Source: Prevotella sp. (lineage in GTDB: Bacteria; Bacteroidota; Bacteroidia; Bacteroidales; Bacteroidaceae). From it: DNA of 64,000 bases. Of this stretch, positions 10,493 to 20,428 are shown piece by piece. Location: positions 1,275 through 65,274 of the forward strand of contig JAFTGB010000043.1 in the NCBI GenBank assembly GCA_017458125.1, in the 5' to 3' direction. The notes under the pieces were generated by a model. The model was not told the origin of the DNA. It saw nothing but the letters and a program-made list of their open reading frames with translations, and ran no database searches. The position numbers and the translations under genes were made by a program. Each line of letters begins with the position of its first letter. Within the stretch, counting starts at the first letter, position 1.

Positions 10493-12096
10493 ATGAAGAA
10501 TACTATTATTGATTACTCCCAGCAAGCTGGCACCAATCGCGTGGATATGCCGCAAGATTCCGCAAACCTCACCGCAGACCTCGTGGTCTATGGCAAGATA
10601 TTCACTTCGGAAGGTAGTCAGGTGGTAGAAGCCTTTGCCGTGAAAGACGGCAAGTATGTCTATGTAGGTGACAAGTCGGGAGCTGAGGCTTTCATAGAAG
10701 CAGGCAAGACTGAGGTGGTGGACTTATAGAGGCAAGGGGCTTGTGATGCCCAGTTGCGGCAATGGTCACGCTCATTATTCGACGGGTGTCGCTCTGCCGT
10801 CAATCGGAACAATTATCAGCGGGGAAGACAGTGTGGACAAGTTCCTGAATGAAGTCGTTCCTGCTGCAGTCAAGAAGGCCAGGGAAACAGGGGCTACATC
10901 TGTCTTTGGCTTTGGATGGAACTATCTGACTTTCATGGAAAACATGCCAACCCGTCAGCAGTTGGATGCCATCTGCAGTGACATACCTCTCTACTTTGCA
11001 GACAACGAAGCCCATAAGGGCCTGGCTAACACCGTTCTGTTGGTTAAGGCAGGCATTATGAAGGCAGACGGCACGGTGCTCAAAAGGGATAAAGACATAC
11101 CAAAAAATCCAGGAACTCATGTTGTCAGAGGGCTACACGATGTATATCGACGGCTGGGGTTCCTATTTCTTTAACACTAATTTCTACCAAGCAGCCTGCC
11201 AGATGGACAAGGCCGGTGATATGAACTTCGTGCTTGGCCTGAGTTATGAGGTTGAGAGTTGGATGAATGTGGAGGAGGCATTGGCCAAGGCTGCTGACGT
11301 TCAGAAGTTCGCGACCACACGTGTCAAGACGAACTGGCTGAAGCTCTTCATGGACGGAACGGTAGAAGGCGGTACAGGATTCGTGGATCCGCTCTATCCC
11401 GACGGTCACCAGGGCCTTGCCAACTGGACAGAAGAAGAACTGGCCGATATCACGCGCAAGACGAATGCCAACGGGATGACCATGCACATACACACCATGG
11501 GCAACAAGGCTGTCAATAGCGTTGTCAGCGCATACGTTAATGGCGGGAAGGATGAAATGCGCAATACGCTGGTGCATGTGCGTAACGTTGATGCAGCAGA
11601 TTTCAAGCGTATGGCCGACCATAACATCTATATCACCTCAGGCATGCTTTGGCATCATTGCCCCTCCTGGGCACCTGACTATATTCGCGAGCACGGTTTA
11701 GTCCCTGCAGGTATGGAGGACAAGTCTTATCCGATGAAATCCTATTTCGACAACGGCATTACCATGACCTCTCACTCTGACTTTCCTGCAACGAGCGGCA
11801 GTCCCGACGACCCGTTCGGCATTATGGAGATTGCTGTCACAGGTGTCCTTCACGGCGAGGATGGGACTCCTTGGTGGACGGAAGAGCTCCTGACCCGCGA
11901 GCAAGCCCTCACCGCCTTGACCATTAACGTCGCCAAGCAGATGTTCATAGAAGACGAGAGAGGCAGCATCAAGGCAGGCAAATATGCCGACTTTCTGCTC
12001 GTCAACAAGGACGTGCTGTCCTGTCCGGCATCGGAGATTCACGAGGCCAAGCCTGCAGCCACTTACTTTGAGGGAAAGAAAGTCTTCTCGATGTAA
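10493..12096 (+). pseudogene. Disrupted YtcJ-like amidohydrolase, preceded in frame by a DUF3089 N-terminal relic
   Basis: Three fragments (to 10729; 10743-11174; 11119-12096). An extra T at 10724-10725 breaks D-Y-R-G-K-G-L-V-M-P; a second frameshift/deletion lies near 11100. Motifs GHAH, KLFMDG, HIHTMG, VHVR, HSD, LTINVAKQ..GSIKAGKYADF remain. Confidence 0.85.
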
Positions 12097-12192
12097 GTTA
12101 TATTGCACATACGGATTTACTTGTCGGAAAAGCAAAGAAAATACAATTTTCTTTGCTTTTTTCTCACTTATTTTGTACCTTTGTCCGCTGAA

Positions 12193-12894
12193 ATGGGCAT
12201 ACTATATATTGTACCCACGCCAGTGGGCAATATGGAGGACATGACGCTGCGGGCCATCCGCGTGTTGAAGGAGGCTGACTTGGTGCTGGCCGAAGACACC
12301 CGCACGTCAGGTATCCTGCTGAAACACTTCCAGATTCAGCAGCACCTCATGTCGCACCATAAGTTCAACGAGCACGGCACCAGTGCCGCCGTCGTGGAAC
12401 GCCTGCTGGCGGGCCAGACCGTGGCACTCATCAGCGATGCCGGTACGCCGGGCATCTCCGACCCGGGGTTCTTCCTGGTGCGCGAGGCCGTCAAGGCAGG
12501 CATCGAGGTGCAGACGTTGCCCGGCGCCACTGCCTTCGTGCCGGCGTTAGTGTCGAGCGGCCTGCCCTGCGACCGCTTCTGCTTCGAGGGTTTCCTGCCG
12601 CAGAAGAAAGGTCGCCAGACCAAGTTGGAGTCGCTGCGCGACGAAGAGCGTACGATGGTGTTCTACGAGTCGCCCTATCGGGTGCTCAAGACGCTGCAGC
12701 AGTTCAGCGACGTGTTCGGCAGCGACCGTCAGGTCAGCGTCTGCCGCGAGATATCGAAGGTGCACGAGGAGAGCGTCCGCGGCACGTTGTCGGAGGCCAT
12801 TGCCCACTTCACCGAGCACGAGCCGCGCGGCGAGTTTGTCATCGTGCTGGCGGGTAAGAGTGAAAAACAGAAGACTAAAAACATAAACAGCTGA
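12193..12894 (+). CDS. rsmI: 16S rRNA (cytidine1402-2'-O)-methyltransferase
   Basis: MGILYIVPTPVGNMEDMT, AEDTR, ISDAGTPGISDPG, FYESPYR, REISKVHEE, GEFVIV. Confidence 0.95.
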   Translation: MGILYIVPTPVGNMEDMTLRAIRVLKEADLVLAEDTRTSGILLKHFQIQQHLMSHHKFNEHGTSAAVVERLLAGQTVALISDAGTPGISDPGFFLVREAVKAGIEVQTLPGATAFVPALVSSGLPCDRFCFEGFLPQKKGRQTKLESLRDEERTMVFYESPYRVLKTLQQFSDVFGSDRQVSVCREISKVHEESVRGTLSEAIAHFTEHEPRGEFVIVLAGKSEKQKTKNINS

Positions 12895-12897
12895 AAC

Positions 12898-13749
12898 ATG
12901 AAAAAACTATTTGTATTCGTAATGTGCATGACGGCCATGGTCGCCTGCAACCAGAAGAAGTCAGAGACTGCCGACCTGCGCTTGACGCAGCAGACCGACT
13001 CGCTGAACCGTATCATTGCCCAGAAGGACAACGAAATCAACGACATGATGGCTACGATGAACGACATTGAGGAGGGCTTCCGCGCCATCAATGCCGCCGA
13101 AGACCGTGTCAGTGTGGCCCGTCAGGGCGAGGGCGCCAGTGCTGCGGAGCGCATCCGCGAGAACATGCAGTTCATCAAGCAGCGCATGCAGCAGAACCGC
13201 GAACTCATCAACAAGTTGCGCAACCAGCTGCGCCAGAGTTCGGTGAAGGGCGACGAGCTGCGCCGCACCTTGGACAACCTGACTCAGCAGTTGGAGGAGA
13301 AGGACAGCCAGCTGAAGGCCCTGCAGGCCGAGTTGGAGGCCAAGAACATCCAGATAGGCGAGCTGACCGAGCAGGTCACCGACCTCTCCACCGACGTCAG
13401 CAACCTGAAGGAGGAGACCACCCAGAAGTCGCAGACCATCACCGCCCAGGACAAGCAGCTGCACACGGCATGGTTTGTCTTCGGCACCAAGAAGGAGCTG
13501 AAGGAACAGCGTATCATCGAGGACGGCGAGGTGCTCCGCTCCAACTTCAACCAGAGCTACTTCACCAAGATTGACATCCGCGTCGACAAGGAGATTAAGC
13601 TCTACTCCCGCTCGGCCAAGATGCTGACCGACCATCCGTCGTCCAGCTACACGCTGACACAGGACGCCAACAAGCAGTACGTGCTGCGCATCACCAACCC
13701 CGAACAGTTCTGGTCCACCAGCAAGTATCTGGTCATTCTGGTGAAGTAA
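12898..13749 (+). CDS. Conserved coiled-coil lipoprotein (resembles the Bacteroides Cbp1 collagen-binding adhesin family)
   Basis: Lipobox MVAC; long heptad region; conserved C-terminus (GTKKELK..I, FTKIDIR, L.I..P..FWS.SKYLVI); the position after rsmI is typical of Bacteroidales. Confidence 0.6.
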   Translation: MKKLFVFVMCMTAMVACNQKKSETADLRLTQQTDSLNRIIAQKDNEINDMMATMNDIEEGFRAINAAEDRVSVARQGEGASAAERIRENMQFIKQRMQQNRELINKLRNQLRQSSVKGDELRRTLDNLTQQLEEKDSQLKALQAELEAKNIQIGELTEQVTDLSTDVSNLKEETTQKSQTITAQDKQLHTAWFVFGTKKELKEQRIIEDGEVLRSNFNQSYFTKIDIRVDKEIKLYSRSAKMLTDHPSSSYTLTQDANKQYVLRITNPEQFWSTSKYLVILVK

Positions 13750-14001
13750 ACCGGCATTGTCAATTTGCCAGTTTTTCCTCCAAAAAGTGAGAAAAATGGG
13801 CGGAATTTTAGCTTTTTAGTTAAAATTCTGCACATAATTGTATAATTTTAATAAATTTATTCTTTATTTTGAAAAGTAAATAGTACCTTTGCAAGTTGAA
13901 TTGCCTTGACTAAGGTTGTAGAGCCTTTGTTGTCGGCTTAATAAATAAATAGGTACGCGAAAGTTCAATTATTGTAAAAAACAAATAGAAAAAGAGTGTT
14001 T

Positions 14002-17000
14002 ATGGCAAAAAGATTTACGCTGGTTTTGTTTGGCCTGTTCCTAAGCATGGGAATAGCATTGGCCCAGAACAAAATCACGGGTACTGTCTTTGAAGACAGC
14101 GGTGAGCCGTGTATCGGCGCCACTGTAATGATTCAGGGTACCAAGCAAGGTACGAAAACTGATATGAACGGTAACTTCACCATCGTCGTACCGGCAGGCA
14201 AGAAGCTTGTGATAAGCTACGTCGGTATGCTGACGGAGACCGTCAAGCCCAAGGACGGCATGAAGGTGACGCTGGCCCCCGACGCCCAGACCTTAGGCGA
14301 GGTCGTGGCCGTGGGTATGATGAAGCAGGACAAGCGCCTGTTCACGGGTGCCTCGTCCAAGGTCGATGCCGACAAGGCCAAGCTGGCCGGTATGGCCGAC
14401 GTCAGCCGTTCGCTGGAAGGCCGTGTGGCCGGTGTCCAGGTGACGAACGTCAGTGGCTCGTTCGGTGCTGCGCCGAAGATTCGCGTGCGCGGTGCCACGT
14501 CCATCTACGGTAACAGCAAGCCGCTGTGGGTCATCGACGGTGTGATTTATGAAGACAATGTCGACGTCTCTGCCGACGAGTTGGCCTCCGGTGATGCCAA
14601 GACGCTGATTTCCAGTGCTGTTGCCGGTCTGAACTCCGACGATATCGAGTCGTTCACCATTCTGAAGGACGGTTCCGCTACCTCCATCTATGGTGCCCGC
14701 GCCATGGCCGGTGTGATTGTCATCACCACCAAGAAGGGTACCGCTGGCCGTGCCTCCGTCAGCTACACGGGTGAGTTCTCTACCCGCCTGAAGCCCAGCT
14801 ACCGCGACTACAACATCATGAACTCGCAGGAGATGATGGGTGTCTACAAGGAAATGTCCGACAAGGGCTGGCTGCAGTTGGACAATATGGTCAACGCCAA
14901 GAACACCGGCGTCTACGGCTACATGTTCCAGCAGCTGCGCAAGTACGACCCCACCACGGGCCAGTACGGACTGGAGAACACCGAGGCCGCCCGCAACCGC
15001 TACCTGCAGGCCGCCGAGTTCCGTAATACCGACTGGTTCGACCTGCTGTTCTCCAACAGTTTCCAGCAGAACCACTCCATCAGCATCTCCGGCGGTACCG
15101 AGCGCATGCAGAGCTACTTCTCCATGTCGCTCATGCACGACCCCGGCTATTATGTCAACCGCAACAAGGTAGACCGTTACACCTTCAACGGCAACATCTC
15201 GTACGACATACTGAAGAACCTGACCGTCCGCCTGGCCGCTCAGGGTAGCCATCGTAACCAGGAGGCCCCCGGTTCGCTGAACCAGACCACCGACGTGGTG
15301 ACGGGAGCCGTCAACCGCGACTTCGACATCAACCCCTTCAGCTTCGCGCTGAACACCAGCCGCTGTCTGGACCCCAACACGCGCTACACGCGTTTCTACA
15401 CCGGCTTCAACATCTTCGACGAGTTGCGCAACAACTACATGGAGTACGACGTCAACGAGCTGATGTACCGTGCCGAGTTAGAGTATAAGCCTATCCGCAC
15501 GCTCACCCTCAACGGACTCATCTCCACGCGTATGAGCCACTCGCGCCGTCAGCACAACGTCATGGACAAGTCCAACCAGGCCAACGCCTACCGTGCCGGT
15601 GTCGACGCTCAGGACGACAACTCGACCATCCGCGACAACAACCCCCTGCTCTATACCGACCCCGACAACGAGAAGGCGCTGCCTGAGTCCATCCTGCCGG
15701 AGGGCGGCATCAAGTACCAGAACGACGACAACATGCGTTCCAACACCTTCCGTTTCATGGCTGACTACCGCGACGTCTTCAACGAGAAGCACACGGTGAA
15801 CGCCATGGTGGGTACCGAATACTCCGCCGTGAAGCGCACCACCACCAACTGGACCGGCTGGGGCTACAACTTCGAGATGGGCGGCATCGTCTACACCCCG
15901 TATCTGTGGCTGAAGCAGATGAACGAGGAGAACACCAACTACTTCGGCGAGTACCAGACGCAGACCAACACGCTGGCCTACTACGGACAGCTCGTCTACA
16001 GCTACGACCGCCGCTACACCATCAACGGCACCTTCCGTTACGAGGGTACCAACCGCTTCGGCAAGGTGCAGTCCAGCCGCTGGCTGCCCACATGGAACGT
16101 CTCGCTGGCTTACGACCTGAGCAACGAGCCGTTCATGGAGAGCACCCAGTCGTGGCTCTCGCACCTGAAGCTCCGTGGCAGCTATTCGCTGACCGCCGAT
16201 ACCGGCCCCACATGGGTCAATAACGCCGACGTCATCTACCAGACGCGCAACGCCTGGCGTCCCTTCACGTCGGCTGCCGAGAAGGAAATCTACATCGACT
16301 ACCTGGCTAACACCGAGCTGACCTTCGAGAAGAAGCACGAGTGGAACATCGGTGTCGACATGAGCTTCCTCAACGAGCGCATCGCACTGACCTTCGACGC
16401 CTACTGGCGTAACAACTACGACCTTATCGGACTCGTCTATACGCAGGGTGCCGGTGGCCAGACCGAGAAGTACGCCAACCTGGCCGACATGTGGTCGCAC
16501 GGTATCGAGGTCGGACTTTCCACCGTCAACATCCAGACGCCCAAGTTCAAGTGGACCACCGACCTCATCTACTCGCTGGCCAAGAACAAGGTGACGTCGC
16601 TGGAGAACTCCTGCAACGCCTACTACCTCATCGTGGGCCAGCACTCCAACAACCCCTACATGATACCTACCCTTGAGGGCTACCCCGTGCGTACCATCTG
16701 GAGCTACAAGTTCGCCGGCCTCAACAGCGAGGGTCTGCCCATGGTCTACAACGAGAAAGGCCAGAAGACCATCGGCGACGTCAACATTCAGGAGACCAAG
16801 AACTTAGAGGACTTCCTCGTCTACGAAGGTCCGCAGGACCCCACCTGGTACGGTTCGTTCAGCAATACCTTCACCTACACGCACAACAAGTTAGGCAAGC
16901 TGAGCCTCGACGTGTTCATCACTTACAGCGGTGGCAACGTCGTGCGTCTCGACCCCGTCTTCTCGTCAAGCTACAGCGACCTGTCGGCCCTGCCGCGTGA

Positions 17001-17379
17001 GTTCAAGAACCGCTGGATGACCGCCGGCGACGAGAATGTCACCAACATCCCCGTCATTGCCTCCGTCAACCAGTACGACCGTTACGGCGGCACGACGCTG
17101 AGCACGGCCTACAACGTCTACAACTTCTCGACGGAGCGCATCGCCAAGGGCGACTTCGTGCGCCTGAAGGAGCTGGCCCTGACCTACACGTTCCCGCAGC
17201 AGCTGCTGCGCGGCACCCGCCTGCTCAACTCTGCCTCCATCAAGCTGGCCGCCACCAACCTGTGCCTGCTCTATGCCGACAAGAAGCTGAACGGTCAGGA
17301 CCCCGAGTTCATCAACTCCGGCGGTGTGGCTTCGCCTATCTCCAAGCAGTTCACCGCCACCGTGCGCTTAGGTTTCTGA
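14002..17379 (+). CDS. SusC/RagA-family TonB-dependent transporter
   Basis: CarboxypepD-like N-terminus, LEGRVAGV, KIRVRG, PLWVIDG, LKDGSATSIYGARAMAGVIVITTK, C-terminal Phe; promoter TACCTTTG at 13884-13891. Confidence 0.95.
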   Translation: MAKRFTLVLFGLFLSMGIALAQNKITGTVFEDSGEPCIGATVMIQGTKQGTKTDMNGNFTIVVPAGKKLVISYVGMLTETVKPKDGMKVTLAPDAQTLGEVVAVGMMKQDKRLFTGASSKVDADKAKLAGMADVSRSLEGRVAGVQVTNVSGSFGAAPKIRVRGATSIYGNSKPLWVIDGVIYEDNVDVSADELASGDAKTLISSAVAGLNSDDIESFTILKDGSATSIYGARAMAGVIVITTKKGTAGRASVSYTGEFSTRLKPSYRDYNIMNSQEMMGVYKEMSDKGWLQLDNMVNAKNTGVYGYMFQQLRKYDPTTGQYGLENTEAARNRYLQAAEFRNTDWFDLLFSNSFQQNHSISISGGTERMQSYFSMSLMHDPGYYVNRNKVDRYTFNGNISYDILKNLTVRLAAQGSHRNQEAPGSLNQTTDVVTGAVNRDFDINPFSFALNTSRCLDPNTRYTRFYTGFNIFDELRNNYMEYDVNELMYRAELEYKPIRTLTLNGLISTRMSHSRRQHNVMDKSNQANAYRAGVDAQDDNSTIRDNNPLLYTDPDNEKALPESILPEGGIKYQNDDNMRSNTFRFMADYRDVFNEKHTVNAMVGTEYSAVKRTTTNWTGWGYNFEMGGIVYTPYLWLKQMNEENTNYFGEYQTQTNTLAYYGQLVYSYDRRYTINGTFRYEGTNRFGKVQSSRWLPTWNVSLAYDLSNEPFMESTQSWLSHLKLRGSYSLTADTGPTWVNNADVIYQTRNAWRPFTSAAEKEIYIDYLANTELTFEKKHEWNIGVDMSFLNERIALTFDAYWRNNYDLIGLVYTQGAGGQTEKYANLADMWSHGIEVGLSTVNIQTPKFKWTTDLIYSLAKNKVTSLENSCNAYYLIVGQHSNNPYMIPTLEGYPVRTIWSYKFAGLNSEGLPMVYNEKGQKTIGDVNIQETKNLEDFLVYEGPQDPTWYGSFSNTFTYTHNKLGKLSLDVFITYSGGNVVRLDPVFSSSYSDLSALPREFKNRWMTAGDENVTNIPVIASVNQYDRYGGTTLSTAYNVYNFSTERIAKGDFVRLKELALTYTFPQQLLRGTRLLNSASIKLAATNLCLLYADKKLNGQDPEFINSGGVASPISKQFTATVRLGF

Positions 17380-17418
17380 TGTAAAGGTATAAACGTAAAA
17401 AGGTAAAATAGTAAGAAG

Positions 17419-19107
17419 ATGAAATTCAACGATATCAAGATATTTATGCTGGCCGGTGTCATGGGCTGCGCCACGCTGTTCTCCGCCTGCAGCGACAAGT
17501 TGGACGAGGAGCCCGACAGCCGCTGGATTAAGATTGACAGCTCCGAGAAGTTAGGCCGTCTGCTCACCTCGGCCTACCCCAGCTCCGTGCCCGCCGTCAT
17601 CTGCGAACTGATGGGCGACAACCTGGTCGACAACAATGTGGTGGTTCCCGCCACCCACAAAGACCCTTTCGCGCTGTTCCACGAGGAGGCCTACAAGTGG
17701 CAGGACATCAACAGCTACAGCTCCGGCGAGGACGACACCCCGTTGGAGATTTGGGACAAATACTACTTCGGCATAGCTACGTGTAACCACGCCATTGCCG
17801 CCATGGAGAAGATGAGCAGCAACCCCGCCACCGACCCCGAGGTGTCAGCCTGGTGGGGCGAGGCCCATGTGTTGCGTGCCTACCTGCACTTCATTCTGGT
17901 CAACGTGTTCGCCGAGGCCTATAAGGACGAGACGCAGAGCGCACAGGACTGGGGCATCCCCTACGTCACCACCGTTGAGGAGGTGGTTCGTGTGGACTAC
18001 TCCAAGCCCGAGTACCGCAAGCACGTCAACGAGGTGTACCAGCTCATCGAGAAAGACCTGTTAGAGGGCATCGGGCTCATCGACGACTCCAAGTACAAGG
18101 TGCCCGCCTACCACTTCAACCGCAATGCCGCCTACGCCTTCGCCGCCCGCTTCTACCTGTTCAAGCGCGACTACCAGAACAGTCTGAAGTACGCCGACAG
18201 GGCCTTGGGCAGCAACCCCGCCAGCTCGCTGCGCAAATGGGCGTCCATGAGTGCCAACACCATCAACACGCTGCTCAACGCCTACAACGACGAGAAAGCC
18301 GCCTGCAACTACCTGCTGCTGACCACCTACTCGCTGCAGGACCGCATGCTCTCCGCCTGCCGCTACGCCATCAACAGCGGCAGCACTGCCGAGAACGTCC
18401 CCGCCACAAAGGACATCCTCTACGAGGGTGGCGGCCCCAACTGGAATGGTCGCGTGCCCGCCTTCGACGGTAAGATATACCGTTGGAACGAAGGCTCCGA
18501 GTACGGTTCGTGGCTGTTCCGCGTCTATGAATACTTCGAGTACACCAACAAGATTGCCGGTATCGGCTTCGTCCATATCATCTACCAGCCGTTCACTGCC
18601 GAGGAGACCCTGCTATGCCGTGCTGAGGCCAAACTTTACCTTGGCGACCGTGCCGGTGCCCTGCAGGACTTAGGTTTCTGGACAGCCTCCAAGCAGATTG
18701 ACAACGAGCTGACACAGGCCGGCATCGACCGCAAGTACGCCGGTACCCCCGACAAGAACATCTACCTCAGCGACATCCATCCGCAGCAGATGAGCAGCGA
18801 GTTCAAGACGCTCGCCGACGAGGATTACCGCGTGCTGCAGTGCATCCTGCACTTCCGCCGCATCGAGACCATGTTCGAGGGTCAGCGCTGGTTCGACATC
18901 AAGCGCTACGGCATCACCGTCCACCACGCCTACCGTGGTCCGCTGGAGTACAAGGTCACCCACGACTACCTGCCGTGGAACGACAAGCGCCGCATCGTCC
19001 AGATACCTTACAACGCCATCGATGCCGGCTATCCCTCTACCGACCGTGCCCTCACTCCTGTGGGCGGCGACGACAGCAGCATCCGTGGCTATCAGGTGGT
19101 CGAATAA
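17419..19107 (+). CDS. SusD/RagB-family lipoprotein
   Basis: Lipobox FSAC; GEAHVLRAYLHF, GIPYVT, AARFYLF, RAEA, RRIETMFEGQRWFDIKRY. Confidence 0.95.
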   Translation: MKFNDIKIFMLAGVMGCATLFSACSDKLDEEPDSRWIKIDSSEKLGRLLTSAYPSSVPAVICELMGDNLVDNNVVVPATHKDPFALFHEEAYKWQDINSYSSGEDDTPLEIWDKYYFGIATCNHAIAAMEKMSSNPATDPEVSAWWGEAHVLRAYLHFILVNVFAEAYKDETQSAQDWGIPYVTTVEEVVRVDYSKPEYRKHVNEVYQLIEKDLLEGIGLIDDSKYKVPAYHFNRNAAYAFAARFYLFKRDYQNSLKYADRALGSNPASSLRKWASMSANTINTLLNAYNDEKAACNYLLLTTYSLQDRMLSACRYAINSGSTAENVPATKDILYEGGGPNWNGRVPAFDGKIYRWNEGSEYGSWLFRVYEYFEYTNKIAGIGFVHIIYQPFTAEETLLCRAEAKLYLGDRAGALQDLGFWTASKQIDNELTQAGIDRKYAGTPDKNIYLSDIHPQQMSSEFKTLADEDYRVLQCILHFRRIETMFEGQRWFDIKRYGITVHHAYRGPLEYKVTHDYLPWNDKRRIVQIPYNAIDAGYPSTDRALTPVGGDDSSIRGYQVVE

Positions 19108-19126
19108 CCCGTTTCTCCTATAATAA

Positions 19127-20395
19127 ATGACAAAGAAGATGAAAAAAATACCCTATATCGTGACTCTGGCAGCCCTCCTGCTGACCATGACGTCCTGCGG
19201 CAGCAGCGACGACTTCACCGAGTCCATTTTCGACACCAGCGTGCCCGCCGTGGACCAGAACGCCTCCACGGCCCAGTTCGACCAGTGGCTCTACGACAAC
19301 TTCCTGAAGCCCTACAACGTCGACGTGCAGTACAAGTTCAACTTCACGTCGTCCGACATGAACTTCCAGCTGACTCCCTCCGAGTACAACCGCTCGCAGT
19401 TGCTGGCCCACTTCATCCGCTACTTGTTCTACGACGTCTACACCAAGTACGCCGGCGAGGACTTCATGAAACAGTATGGTCCGCGCATCTTCCACTTCAT
19501 CGGCTCCTCCGGCTACAGTCCCACGACCGGCACCGAGGTGCTGGGAACAGCCTCCGGCGGTGTGAAGATCACGCTCTACAAAATCAACGAGATGAAGCCC
19601 TGGTCTGAGGGTGTCACCTATACCCCCTCCGACGTCGTCACGCTGAACGAGAACTACTTCCACACCATGCACCACGAGTTCTCGCACATCCTGCACCAGA
19701 CCAAGTCGTACCCCATCACCTTCGGACAGGTTACCTCGGGCAGCTACGACCCCATTGACTGGCAGGAGCGCGACAGCGTCACCACCCACCAATTGGGCTA
19801 CGTCACTCACTATGCTTCGTCGGCCAACTACGAGGACTTTGTGGAAACCCTCTCGTGTATCATCACCGACACCGACTACCGTTGGATGAACCGCATCATC
19901 AACGCCTGCACCTCGGGCCTCAAGGCCGGTGACAAGGCCGAGGTGCTGTCCCTCGTCGACTCGTTAGGCATACAGGGCATCGACGACCCCAACGCTCACT
20001 GGAACAACTTCACCCTCTACACCGAGCAGAAGTACAACGCCGAGACCGGACTGTATGAGGATACCGACCGTTACGTCCTCGACGACCACCGCCTGTTGGG
20101 CGAGCCCTACCAGGTGGTTAACAAGGAGTCTACAGCCATGGTTGCCGGCTACAAGTACACGGCCTTCCGCACCTTCAAGTCGTTCAAGAACGACTTCCTG
20201 CCGTGGGTGGCCGTCGATTCCGACGAGACCGTCAAGGGTATCAATGCCATGCTGAAGAAGCTGCAGATAGCCACCGAGTGGTACACCGACCGCTGGGGAC
20301 TCAAGGCGTTCACCCTGCGCAAGGAGGTACGCCAGCGTCAGAACAACATCAACAGTTTCCTGAACAACGACGTGGTTATCTACGACCTGAAGTAA
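19127..20395 (+). CDS. Putative zinc-binding metallopeptidase lipoprotein (SusCD import-associated family)
   Basis: Lipobox MTSC; GTASGGVKITLY, HTMHHEFSHILHQ (HExxH), YA....EDFVE; adjacent to SusD. Confidence 0.85.
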   Translation: MTKKMKKIPYIVTLAALLLTMTSCGSSDDFTESIFDTSVPAVDQNASTAQFDQWLYDNFLKPYNVDVQYKFNFTSSDMNFQLTPSEYNRSQLLAHFIRYLFYDVYTKYAGEDFMKQYGPRIFHFIGSSGYSPTTGTEVLGTASGGVKITLYKINEMKPWSEGVTYTPSDVVTLNENYFHTMHHEFSHILHQTKSYPITFGQVTSGSYDPIDWQERDSVTTHQLGYVTHYASSANYEDFVETLSCIITDTDYRWMNRIINACTSGLKAGDKAEVLSLVDSLGIQGIDDPNAHWNNFTLYTEQKYNAETGLYEDTDRYVLDDHRLLGEPYQVVNKESTAMVAGYKYTAFRTFKSFKNDFLPWVAVDSDETVKGINAMLKKLQIATEWYTDRWGLKAFTLRKEVRQRQNNINSFLNNDVVIYDLK

Positions 20396-20428
20396 TTGAT
20401 AATTGATAATTGACAATTGACAATTGAT
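20394..20428. repeat. 7-bp tandem repeat (AATTGAY)5
   Basis: aattgat aattgat aattgac aattgac aattgat fills the whole intergenic space between the peptidase stop and the DUF4302 ATG. Confidence 0.85.

Noticed and set aside
10439-12096. Three separate functional genes, or programmed frameshifting in the second amidohydrolase
   Set aside because: Multiple independent lesions (an insertion plus an apparent deletion) and adjacent gene stubs indicate a pseudogene.
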